Assembly (NCBI GenBank): GCA_030917815.1
Contig: JAUPTZ010000005.1
Span: forward strand, 23,106-87,105
Source of the DNA: Candidatus Babelota bacterium
GTDB taxonomy: Bacteria; Babelota; Babeliae; Babelales; JAUPTZ01
DNA length: 64,000 nucleotides
Reading direction: 5' to 3'
Position 1 is the stretch's first letter; each line of letters starts with the position of its first letter. Below the pieces are notes generated by a model. It saw only the letters and a list, made by a program, of their open reading frames with translations. It was not told the DNA's origin and ran no database searches. The position numbers were made by a program, and so were the translations under genes. Shown here in pieces: positions 38,530 through 46,938 of the stretch.

Positions 38530-39321
38530 TTAAGTAGCTTTTTTTTGAATACCAATCTTTTGAATGCCAATACGAGATTGAATATACTGCAAACCCCGAT
38601 CAGCAAGCAGCTTCTTCGAGTCAGTACCCGACTCAGTAAACGGATTTAATAGCGATTTCGCGGTAATTTCACCATTTTTATCAGCACTTAGGCGCGCACC
38701 GAGCTTGGCTAATTTATTGATAGCAAGCTTACCGCTATAAGTATTATTAAGCACGACGACCGGGTCACCACACTTATAAATCCAAGCCTCATCGGTTATA
38801 CCAGAGTCTGCCATTCTTTTCGCACGCTCTTTGTTGCTTAGCTGATTACCCTTTACTACTTCTTCCGCGCTTTCAACAACCTTTAGTCGCTTCTCCCAGC
38901 GAGAGGACTCAACATCCCAATCATCGCCATTTTTATACCATTCGGCGAGGTGGTAAATGGTTGAAATATAGCCAGCGAAAGCAAGTGTTTGAAGCGCGCC
39001 ACGCATAAGCCGGCGGACCACGGGACGCATCGCGACAATCGCCTTTTGAGACTCCGGCGCAGCAACGGCAGCCTTTCCATCCGGGTCCCGGTCGGTTTCC
39101 TCGATAGATGGTTTAGCCTTCTTCTTGAGCTCCAAGGTATTGGCAAGCTTTGTTGCCACAACAGCCCCGATGACGCTCCACAGTGCCCGCGCAATACTCG
39201 GATTGCTTACAGCATCACCTCGCAATTGTTCCATACTGCTAGCCGTCAAAGGTATGTTCACCATCGATCCCAAACCAAGAAGACCAATCACTAAAAGTCG
39301 TTTTTTCATTGGATTTACCAT
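38530..39321 (-). CDS. secreted hypothetical protein (263 aa)
   Basis: Signal peptide (LLVIGLLGLGSMVNIPLTASS). I recognise no family. Confidence 0.5.
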   Translation of the reverse strand: MVNPMKKRLLVIGLLGLGSMVNIPLTASSMEQLRGDAVSNPSIARALWSVIGAVVATKLANTLELKKKAKPSIEETDRDPDGKAAVAAPESQKAIVAMRPVVRRLMRGALQTLAFAGYISTIYHLAEWYKNGDDWDVESSRWEKRLKVVESAEEVVKGNQLSNKERAKRMADSGITDEAWIYKCGDPVVVLNNTYSGKLAINKLAKLGARLSADKNGEITAKSLLNPFTESGTDSKKLLADRGLQYIQSRIGIQKIGIQKKAT

Positions 39322-39354
39322 AACAATTACCCCTTTTTAACTGTAACCTTTTTG

Positions 39355-39383
39355 AGTATAACCAATTGGTAGCCGCCAAGCAA
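39355..39383 (-). promoter_or_regulatory. candidate sigma70-type promoter for the 38530..39321 gene
   Basis: On the minus strand: TTGCTT, 17 nt, TATACT, about 35 nt upstream of the ATG. Confidence 0.4.
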
Positions 39384-39479
39384 ACCATACAAAAGAGATT
39401 GCATCCTTCCCCTGTTTTTTGCTATACACACCCCCATCTTCTTTAGAAAAATCATAATTTTTAGATTACAGGGGTACCT

Positions 39480-40466
39480 ATGAGCAAAGTTGTTGCACCA
39501 GAAGTAATAGAAAACATTAAAGAGGAAGGCGCCCGTTGGCAGGCACTTAAACAAGAAATCAAAAAGCGGGTCATCGGCCAAGAGCAAGTCATTGATCGCA
39601 TCCTCATCGGTATTCTCTGTAACGGACACATCCTCCTTGAAGGGGTGCCCGGTCTTGCAAAAACAACACTGGTAACCGCCGTTGCCGACGCCATAGGGCT
39701 CGACTGCAAAAGAATTCAGTTTACCCCCGATCTTTTACCGGCCGACGTTATTGGAACACAGATCTATAGCCCAAAAACCGAAGACTTCACTACAAAAAAA
39801 GGCCCTGTATTTGCCAACCTGGTTCTTGCCGATGAAATTAACCGAGCCCCCGCGAAAGTGCAGTCGGCTCTTCTTGAGGCGATGCAGGAACGACAGGTAA
39901 CCATTGGTGACGAAACCTTTAAGCTCCCAAGCCCTTTCTTTGTATTGGCAACGCAAAATCCAATCGATCAGGAGGGTACCTACCAGCTACCCGAAGCACA
40001 AATGGACCGCTTTTTGCTCAAAGTAATCGTCCATTATCCCACCATCGAAGAAGAAAAAAAGATCATTAAGTCGGTTTTTGAGCCGGAAAAAGTAAATCGT
40101 GTGCTCACCGCCAAGGAAGTAAAAGCGACACAGGCACTAATTCAAGAGATTTACGTCGATGACAAAGTGGTAGACTACTTGCTGTCCATCATTTTTGCTA
40201 CGCGTCAACCGGAACTCTACAAACTTGATAGTCTTACGCCACTCATTATGCATGGCGCCTCACCCAGAGCCACATTGGCCTTATTTCAGGCGGCAAAAGC
40301 TCACGCGTTTTTAAAGAAGCGCCATTTTGTTATCCCTGATGACATTAAGGCAATCGCGCCCGATGTATTAAGGCACCGCATACTCCTTACCTATCAAGCA
40401 GAAGCAGAGTCGATGCACGGAGATGCTATTATACAGGCCATTTTAAAGACACTTCCATCACCATAA
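39480..40466 (+). CDS. moxR: MoxR-family AAA+ ATPase
   Basis: Walker A GVPGLAKT, Walker B LADEINRAPAKVQSALLEAMQERQVT, and the ATQNPIDQEGTYQLPEAQMDRF block. Confidence 0.9.
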   Translation: MSKVVAPEVIENIKEEGARWQALKQEIKKRVIGQEQVIDRILIGILCNGHILLEGVPGLAKTTLVTAVADAIGLDCKRIQFTPDLLPADVIGTQIYSPKTEDFTTKKGPVFANLVLADEINRAPAKVQSALLEAMQERQVTIGDETFKLPSPFFVLATQNPIDQEGTYQLPEAQMDRFLLKVIVHYPTIEEEKKIIKSVFEPEKVNRVLTAKEVKATQALIQEIYVDDKVVDYLLSIIFATRQPELYKLDSLTPLIMHGASPRATLALFQAAKAHAFLKKRHFVIPDDIKAIAPDVLRHRILLTYQAEAESMHGDAIIQAILKTLPSP

Positions 40467-40632
40467 TAAGCCACCAGAGGCTTTTGACCGCATATCGTTT
40501 CTATGATATCGTTTCTGAGCGCAGAATCTCCGTGCGGTTATCAATTATTTGTTTCTGTTGCACTGCATAGGCAAAACTCTGAATCCAAATTATGCAATCA
40601 AACAAGGCAAAATAACGCTGTTTTTGCATGAC

Positions 40633-40662
40633 TTGACACTATTTCTTTAAGAAAAGTAGGCT
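40633..40662 (+). promoter_or_regulatory. candidate promoter for the secretin operon
   Basis: TTGACA, 18 nt, TAGGCT, 35 nt upstream of the GspC-like start. The -10 element is weak. Confidence 0.25.
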
Positions 40663-40696
40663 GACCCTGAATATTTTGGCATGCAAAGGTATTGAT

Positions 40697-41830
40697 ATGG
40701 TAAAACAGCAGTTGTGGATTATAAATAGCGCGCTTGTCGTCCTTGCGATAGTAAGTATTGCGCTTGCGCAGCTTGTTAAGCAAGACCTGCCGTCAATTCC
40801 AACGCGGCGGCGAAACTACGCACAGGCCGAAATAAAGCCACCTCGACTCATTGTAAGCCCGGAAAAAATATATCAAAACGATCTATTTGATACTTTTTCG
40901 GCACCAGCCGAGCCGGTCCCAACCTCAAAAAATCTTGTGACTCCGATTCCACAATTCAGCGTCAAAAATTCAGCAGCACCTACTAAGAACCAAAAGGTAG
41001 ATTTTATTCCACCGCTCGATATCACGATAAAAGGGATTATCATGTCCCCACAGCCAAAAAATAGCATTGTGATGGTAGCCGACTCAACCGGCAAAGAGCA
41101 AATGTATCACATAGGTGACAAAATTAATGACGGCCAAGTACTTAAAATCACTAAAAATCAAATGGTTGTAATTCGCGGTAACGGCCAGCAAGAAACATTC
41201 TTCTTACGTAAGATGGAAAAGCTCAATCCAGGACTTCCATCATGGGATTTTGCCATTAAGAAGATCGATGATGCTCTCTATCACCTTGATCCGGTAGAAA
41301 TTTTAAAAGAGATCACCAGCATTGGTGAGGTAATTGAAGCACTTGATTTATGCGGTGCATATAAAGATGGCAAATCAATTGGTCTCTTAATAGGATCAAT
41401 TAAACACCATCCACTAGCAGAGAAGCTTGGCTTGGCCTCGGGAGATATTATAACCAAAGTTAACAGCCTACCAGTCACCGACTCAAAAGAGCGTATTGCG
41501 GTGTACGATGCTATTGCCGAACTTTCAATGGGTGGCTACATTCACGTTTCGGTAATGCGTAGCGATAAATCATTAGAGCTTTCCTATCTCTTAAAACGGC
41601 TTGAGCGTCCATCACCATTTAGTTCATCAAGCGGCGATACTAAAGATGGTAAAGACACACAGGGATCAGACCTATTTCAGTTAGGTAAAGATGCTCAGCG
41701 GCAGCAAAATCGTCGTCGTTTTGACCAAATTCATCGGACCTCAGAACAGCATGACGCCGCTATATCTGAAATGCGCAAAAAAATGCTCGATGATATGCGT
41801 ACCCGCGCTCCAAATAGACGTGTATTATGA
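40697..41830 (+). CDS. GspC-like inner-membrane protein (TM + HR/PilP-like beta domain + PDZ)
   Basis: An N-terminal TM helix (WIINSALVVLAIVSIALAQLV), then ITIKGIIMSP...VMVADSTGKEQMYHIGDKINDGQVLKITKNQMVVIRGNG (GspC HR-like), then a PDZ-like region (LAEKLGLASGDIITKVNSLPV). The track start at 40676 is also possible. Confidence 0.55.
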   Translation: MVKQQLWIINSALVVLAIVSIALAQLVKQDLPSIPTRRRNYAQAEIKPPRLIVSPEKIYQNDLFDTFSAPAEPVPTSKNLVTPIPQFSVKNSAAPTKNQKVDFIPPLDITIKGIIMSPQPKNSIVMVADSTGKEQMYHIGDKINDGQVLKITKNQMVVIRGNGQQETFFLRKMEKLNPGLPSWDFAIKKIDDALYHLDPVEILKEITSIGEVIEALDLCGAYKDGKSIGLLIGSIKHHPLAEKLGLASGDIITKVNSLPVTDSKERIAVYDAIAELSMGGYIHVSVMRSDKSLELSYLLKRLERPSPFSSSSGDTKDGKDTQGSDLFQLGKDAQRQQNRRRFDQIHRTSEQHDAAISEMRKKMLDDMRTRAPNRRVL

Positions 41831-41852
41831 GTGAACGAAGGATATAAGAAGT

Positions 41853-44756
41853 ATGAATAAAAAATTTATTTTTACCATTGCACTCATTGTCTGCGTTCAA
41901 GCGTATCCACAAAAAATGTTTGACGATTTTCTGTCGGCACAAACGCCCTCATTAGAAAATAGATTTGATGATGATGTACTCGCAGCCACACCATCTCTAA
42001 GTTTAGGCAATGAATCGGCACTCACCAAAGAAGCACAGAGAAATCCGGATCTTTTTGGCCCTGTTGATGAAAAAAAAGATGTGTATTTAAATTTTGAAAA
42101 CGCCGATCTAAAAAATTTTGTTGAATATATTGCCGACATCAAAGGCATGAATATTATTCCGGACAAGTCGATTGCCGGCAATAAAATCTCGCTCAACTTT
42201 CGCAATCCAGTAAGTAAGACCGGCGCATGGAATACGTTCCTTACCGTACTTGAAATGGCCAACCTCAGTATCGTAAAGGTTGGTAACCTGTATCGCGTAA
42301 TAACTAAAGATAAAAAATTTAAACTGCCGCTGCCTACCTTTATTGGCGTCAATCCAAACACGCTTCCTGATTCTGATGCCACAATTCGCTACATAGCAAT
42401 GCTCGACAATATTCCAGCTCAGGACGTAAAAAATCTTCTACAAAGCATGCTCAGTCAACCGACGAGTCTTCTCGATCCACCAAATATTAATGGGTTCATC
42501 ATTACCGACTGCTCCTGCGTTATAAAAGCGGCGATGCAGGTACTTAATGAGCTCGACCAAACCGGTGTTGAAGAATCGGTTTACGTCATTCCATTAAAAA
42601 AAGCCAACGCGAGTGATGTAAAAACATTGTTTGAAACACTTATTACCACCAAAGACTCAAACCCCTTAGCGAAACTTCTTGGCAAGCCGCAAGACTCAAG
42701 CGAATACTTTACTCCTGGTACTCGTATTATTGCCGAAGATAGAACGAATAAACTTATCTTATTGGGACAGCGACAATCACTCGAAAAAATAAAAAACTTC
42801 ATCACTGAACATATCGATACCGATCTCAAACAAGCAAAATCACCCCTCAGGATTTACGACCTACAAAACGCTAACGTAACCGACATTGTTACCATCCTGA
42901 AAAGTGCAACCGATTCATCGCAATCATCTGCTGCCGGCAAGCAGGCCGCTACTTTTGGTGCAATTCGAGATGGAGCAAAATATTTTAAAAATATGACCTT
43001 TCAGGCCGATAAAGAAGGGAATCGATTGCTTGTTTCTTGCACCGAAGATGGTGACTGGGATCTCCTAAAGGAGACTATAAAGAAATTAGATACCGCACAG
43101 CCACAAGTTGCCATGCAAATGCTGATTGTAAGCATCAGCGCAACGGCACTCACGCAGCTCGGCGGGCAGTTTCGTAGTCCAAACCAAAATAGTGTTGGCG
43201 GCGGCATAAACTTTCAAACAGCAGCAGTATCACAACCGGTATTCACTACCGACAGCTCCGGCAACACACAAAGTGTTCTTGGTAACATGCTCAATTCGCT
43301 TGCGCTAGGACGAGGTATGACTGCAGTAAGTCTTGGTAACGCTGGTGGCAGCAATGGAGTCTGGGGTGTATTCAATGCCATTAAGCAACAAACCGATGCC
43401 ACCATATTATCCCAGCCCTTTGCCGTTGCCGCTAACTGCACCGAAACAAAACTCTTGGTCGGTAGTACCAGTTATATTACTACACAGTCAACCGGTGGTG
43501 CTGGCGCTATTTCCGGTAAAACACCGGCCGATGCAAATACTACCATTACATTTACCCCACAAGTAAACAGCGAAGGTGTCATTCGTTTAAAAATTACGGC
43601 CGACATTAAAGAATTCGTTCCTGAATCGGCCAACTTAAGCACACAATCAAAGTACCTTGATACGGTTGTTACCGTAGCCAACGGACAAGTTTTGGTTATC
43701 GGTGGTTTTATTCAAACCAAAATAACCGATAACGGAGGTCAAACCCCACTTCTAGGCTCCATTCCTATCTTGGGATGGATTGCTAAGAACCTTTCTCGTA
43801 CCGTTGAAAAAAGCTACCTCTTTCTATTTTTATGTCCAACCATTCTAAAACCTCGCACATCCCCCGGCATCGGCACGTATAGCAAAATGTGTCTTCATCA
43901 AGCGGCAAAAGAAGTGGAAGAAACAATTAAAACAACAAAAACAAATGACCCTATCCACAACTGGCTCTTCAACTCAAGTGGCGAAAATTATTCACATAAA
44001 GTGATCGACTTCGCTAACGCACGCTATCAGCCCAATACGGTCGATATTCGCTACGATCCTTACTACCGCAGTTCGATGGCAGATACTGGGAAACAGGCCC
44101 CTCCACTAAAAATAGATGGTGAATCATCGTCGCCAGGGGCATATATGCAAACCCAGCATATGTATTCTGATGAAGCAAAGATTCAAGAAAAATCAACAAA
44201 GGTGGTTGGCGAAAAGGTGGCAAAGGAGGTAGAAATGCCACAGCAGCCACTAGAAAATAAACCGCTAAAGAAAAAGGAATCCCGCAAGAAGCCTGAGAAG
44301 GTTATCTTTGACCCACAAAGGGAAGTGATAAGAGATGACAACGACGTAATAGCCGCTATTGAAGCTCCATTGCCAGCGCCAACGACCGCAGGGCATCTCG
44401 CACCCGAACCGGCAAACATTGCAATGTTTGATGTAGATACTGCACTCGCTGAAAAGCGATCAAGATTACGCTCACTTCTTGCACAAGGCTCACTGGGAGA
44501 CCTGCTTACTAAGCCGGCAACACAATCATCACCAATTAAAGAGATGACAGAAGAAGAGTTTAATGCATCGTATGAAATCGAGCCGGAAATCGAAACCGTG
44601 CCTGAATCAACACCTGTGGCACAAGATTCATTTACACTTACCCGACGAAATGGCATACAAAACCTCTTTGCTACAAGCAATCAAGGCGAAGTAAACACAT
44701 CTTCACTAAATCGACCTGCAAGTAGTGGCCTACAATCACTGTTTGGAGGTAAATAA
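41853..44756 (+). CDS. secretin 1 (GspD/PilQ family) with a ~300-aa low-complexity C-terminal extension
   Basis: N0-like VYLNFENADLKNFVEYIADIKGMNIIPD, repeated N-domains, and a secretin core (PQVAMQMLIVSIS...TPLLGSIPILGWIAKN...YLFLFLCPTILKP). The tail from about 43860 is rich in E, K, P and S. Confidence 0.85.
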   Translation: MNKKFIFTIALIVCVQAYPQKMFDDFLSAQTPSLENRFDDDVLAATPSLSLGNESALTKEAQRNPDLFGPVDEKKDVYLNFENADLKNFVEYIADIKGMNIIPDKSIAGNKISLNFRNPVSKTGAWNTFLTVLEMANLSIVKVGNLYRVITKDKKFKLPLPTFIGVNPNTLPDSDATIRYIAMLDNIPAQDVKNLLQSMLSQPTSLLDPPNINGFIITDCSCVIKAAMQVLNELDQTGVEESVYVIPLKKANASDVKTLFETLITTKDSNPLAKLLGKPQDSSEYFTPGTRIIAEDRTNKLILLGQRQSLEKIKNFITEHIDTDLKQAKSPLRIYDLQNANVTDIVTILKSATDSSQSSAAGKQAATFGAIRDGAKYFKNMTFQADKEGNRLLVSCTEDGDWDLLKETIKKLDTAQPQVAMQMLIVSISATALTQLGGQFRSPNQNSVGGGINFQTAAVSQPVFTTDSSGNTQSVLGNMLNSLALGRGMTAVSLGNAGGSNGVWGVFNAIKQQTDATILSQPFAVAANCTETKLLVGSTSYITTQSTGGAGAISGKTPADANTTITFTPQVNSEGVIRLKITADIKEFVPESANLSTQSKYLDTVVTVANGQVLVIGGFIQTKITDNGGQTPLLGSIPILGWIAKNLSRTVEKSYLFLFLCPTILKPRTSPGIGTYSKMCLHQAAKEVEETIKTTKTNDPIHNWLFNSSGENYSHKVIDFANARYQPNTVDIRYDPYYRSSMADTGKQAPPLKIDGESSSPGAYMQTQHMYSDEAKIQEKSTKVVGEKVAKEVEMPQQPLENKPLKKKESRKKPEKVIFDPQREVIRDDNDVIAAIEAPLPAPTTAGHLAPEPANIAMFDVDTALAEKRSRLRSLLAQGSLGDLLTKPATQSSPIKEMTEEEFNASYEIEPEIETVPESTPVAQDSFTLTRRNGIQNLFATSNQGEVNTSSLNRPASSGLQSLFGGK

Positions 44757-44758
44757 TT

Positions 44759-46381
44759 ATGCTGATACTGAAAAACCTATTTTTCCCAAGGCTCTTGCAT
44801 AACAAGCCACTGTTTCCTATCCGTCGCGTTGCCATTCACATCGAATCAACAACCATTCATGTTGCACATGTTCAGGATACACGTACAAAGACAATAATTA
44901 CTGCTCTTGAGGAATATCAAATTAACCCGGGTGACGCACGCACATACACGCAACGCCTCGTTGCTACCTTAAAAAAAATAGCCCCTAAAATAGAAAAAAA
45001 TGCAGAGATTATTGTTACCTTTCCTTCATCAAAAGTGGTAGTAAAAGAGCTCACGCTGCCGTTTCTCGATGAAGAAAAAATCCGCATGGTTATCGAATAT
45101 GAAATAGAGGCAGTAATTCCCTTTAAGCTGGAAAATGCGGTAACCGATTTTATCATTCTCAGCCGCAGTGAAGTTAAAGAATCATCCAATGTATTGGTTA
45201 TCGCTGCACAAAAAGAAGAAGTCAAAAAAATTGTAGACGCTCTTCATAAGGCCGATATAGAGCCTCACCAGATTACTATTGATTTATTCAGTATCATCTC
45301 ACTTTTCGGCCATATTCCTACCTATAGCAAACTTAAGCATGCCTATGCAGTTGTTGATATGGGCCCCCAGTCAACACGAATCGCACTTATCAACAGCCAA
45401 ACCATGATCGCCACCAGAACGCTCTTGCAAGGATCGGAGCTCCCTACAAAAATTAATGATGATGAAATCGGACAACCCATTGATTTAGCAACACATCATA
45501 GTAGATTATTCAGCGAGATTAGCTTCACGTTAGATTCTTTTGAAATCAAGCAGTCAAGTGTTCCAGAGATTGAAAAACTCTTTTTTATTGGAACACCAAG
45601 CGTGTTCAGCGGCTTTGAGGAATACGCAAAAAAAGCTATCCATTGCCCATGCGAAGTTCTTGCAACCGAACAAATAACAACTAATCCAACCATACAATCA
45701 AAAATCTCATTGCAGCCCGCTTCATGGCAAACCTACAGCCGCGTTCTTGGCGCTGCATTGGTCTCTCCTGCGTACGAATCATTCACCCTTCGCCGCAAGG
45801 AACTGGAGCTATCACCACGCCCGTTAATACAACAGCAGTTGCTCGCCGGCATTATCCTCTTTACTCTTGCCCTAGGTGCCCTGGGACTTCAGGGGTATTT
45901 TCAAGTCGAGGAAGGGACTGAGCAAATAACACTCCTCGAGGAGCGTGAAATCAAACGGCTGCGCTCAGCTCTCCCAACCGATCATCCCGGCACAAAAAAG
46001 AAAACTATTAAAACATTGGCTCGAGAAGTCGAAACATATGTGCAAGAACAGGAAGAATTATGGTCGGCCTTTGCCACTCAGCGCTTACGTCCCCTAGAGA
46101 TATTGCAAGAACTCACCATACTCTTCAATAAAAAGAAGTTTGATGTTGATATTGAGCACATTATCATTAGTCGCAACGATGCGCCAAATCCTATTGAAAT
46201 CAAAGGAGTGTTTCGTTCAAAAACAGGCAAGGAAGATTTCAAGCATTTCACCGAACTAGCTGATGATATTGGCAAGCTCGCCAAGATGCTCGTATTAACC
46301 GAAGAAATTGATCCATCTCAGCTACCGGACAAGGGAGTTAGTTTCACTGCTCACTTTAAATTGCGCGAAGGGGCATTATGA
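44759..46381 (+). CDS. PilM-PilN fusion / GspL-like assembly-platform protein
   Basis: An actin-like PilM pattern (VTFPSSKVVVKELTLPF...VLVIAAQKEEV...AVVDMGPQSTRIALI), then a TM helix (LLAGIILFTLALGALGLQGYF), then a periplasmic domain of about 170 aa. Confidence 0.6.
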   Translation: MLILKNLFFPRLLHNKPLFPIRRVAIHIESTTIHVAHVQDTRTKTIITALEEYQINPGDARTYTQRLVATLKKIAPKIEKNAEIIVTFPSSKVVVKELTLPFLDEEKIRMVIEYEIEAVIPFKLENAVTDFIILSRSEVKESSNVLVIAAQKEEVKKIVDALHKADIEPHQITIDLFSIISLFGHIPTYSKLKHAYAVVDMGPQSTRIALINSQTMIATRTLLQGSELPTKINDDEIGQPIDLATHHSRLFSEISFTLDSFEIKQSSVPEIEKLFFIGTPSVFSGFEEYAKKAIHCPCEVLATEQITTNPTIQSKISLQPASWQTYSRVLGAALVSPAYESFTLRRKELELSPRPLIQQQLLAGIILFTLALGALGLQGYFQVEEGTEQITLLEEREIKRLRSALPTDHPGTKKKTIKTLAREVETYVQEQEELWSAFATQRLRPLEILQELTILFNKKKFDVDIEHIIISRNDAPNPIEIKGVFRSKTGKEDFKHFTELADDIGKLAKMLVLTEEIDPSQLPDKGVSFTAHFKLREGAL

Positions 46382-46935
46382 GTTTTTTAGAAACCATTGC
46401 TGACACCATTTCACAGCAAACTAAGAAGCAGCACAAAATCTTTATCCTCACCATCGGCTCGCTTCTTTCTCTGTCACTTATTGGTATCGTCTATTTTTTA
46501 TACGCACAGCGAGATGGGGACATCCAAACCATAACCTCACTCTATGAACAAATAAAAAAGAACGACTCACTGATGGCAAAAAGTGAACGCACAAAAGCGG
46601 AAGAAGATCGTGTTCAAGCACTCCTTGAAAGCTATAAGGGGTTTAGCATCAAAACATTTTTTGAAACACTCACTTCAGAACAAAAAATGAAAGCCGAGAC
46701 CGGATGGGAGACCGCAACTTGCAATATTGAGGGTAATGAAACCTTTGATGAGATCGTGCTTGCCGCTACCTTCAAGGGGCAGACAACGCAAACATTAGTA
46801 AGTCTACTGAATGCACTTGAAACACATGAAAACGTCTACATAAAAGAGCTAGAAATAAAAAAAGAAGGCAAAAAGAACATCACTTTCGATCTCACAATAG
46901 CAACCAAAAAACGTAAACAATTCTGGGAAGATTAG
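46378..46935 (+). CDS. PilO/GspM-like bitopic membrane protein
   Basis: 185 aa with an N-terminal TM helix (IFILTIGSLLSLSLIGIVYFLY). Its size and position after the L-like gene fit, and it overlaps that gene by 4 nt. The call rests on context, not motifs. Confidence 0.4.
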   Translation: MSFLETIADTISQQTKKQHKIFILTIGSLLSLSLIGIVYFLYAQRDGDIQTITSLYEQIKKNDSLMAKSERTKAEEDRVQALLESYKGFSIKTFFETLTSEQKMKAETGWETATCNIEGNETFDEIVLAATFKGQTTQTLVSLLNALETHENVYIKELEIKKEGKKNITFDLTIATKKRKQFWED

Positions 46936-46938
46936 GCC

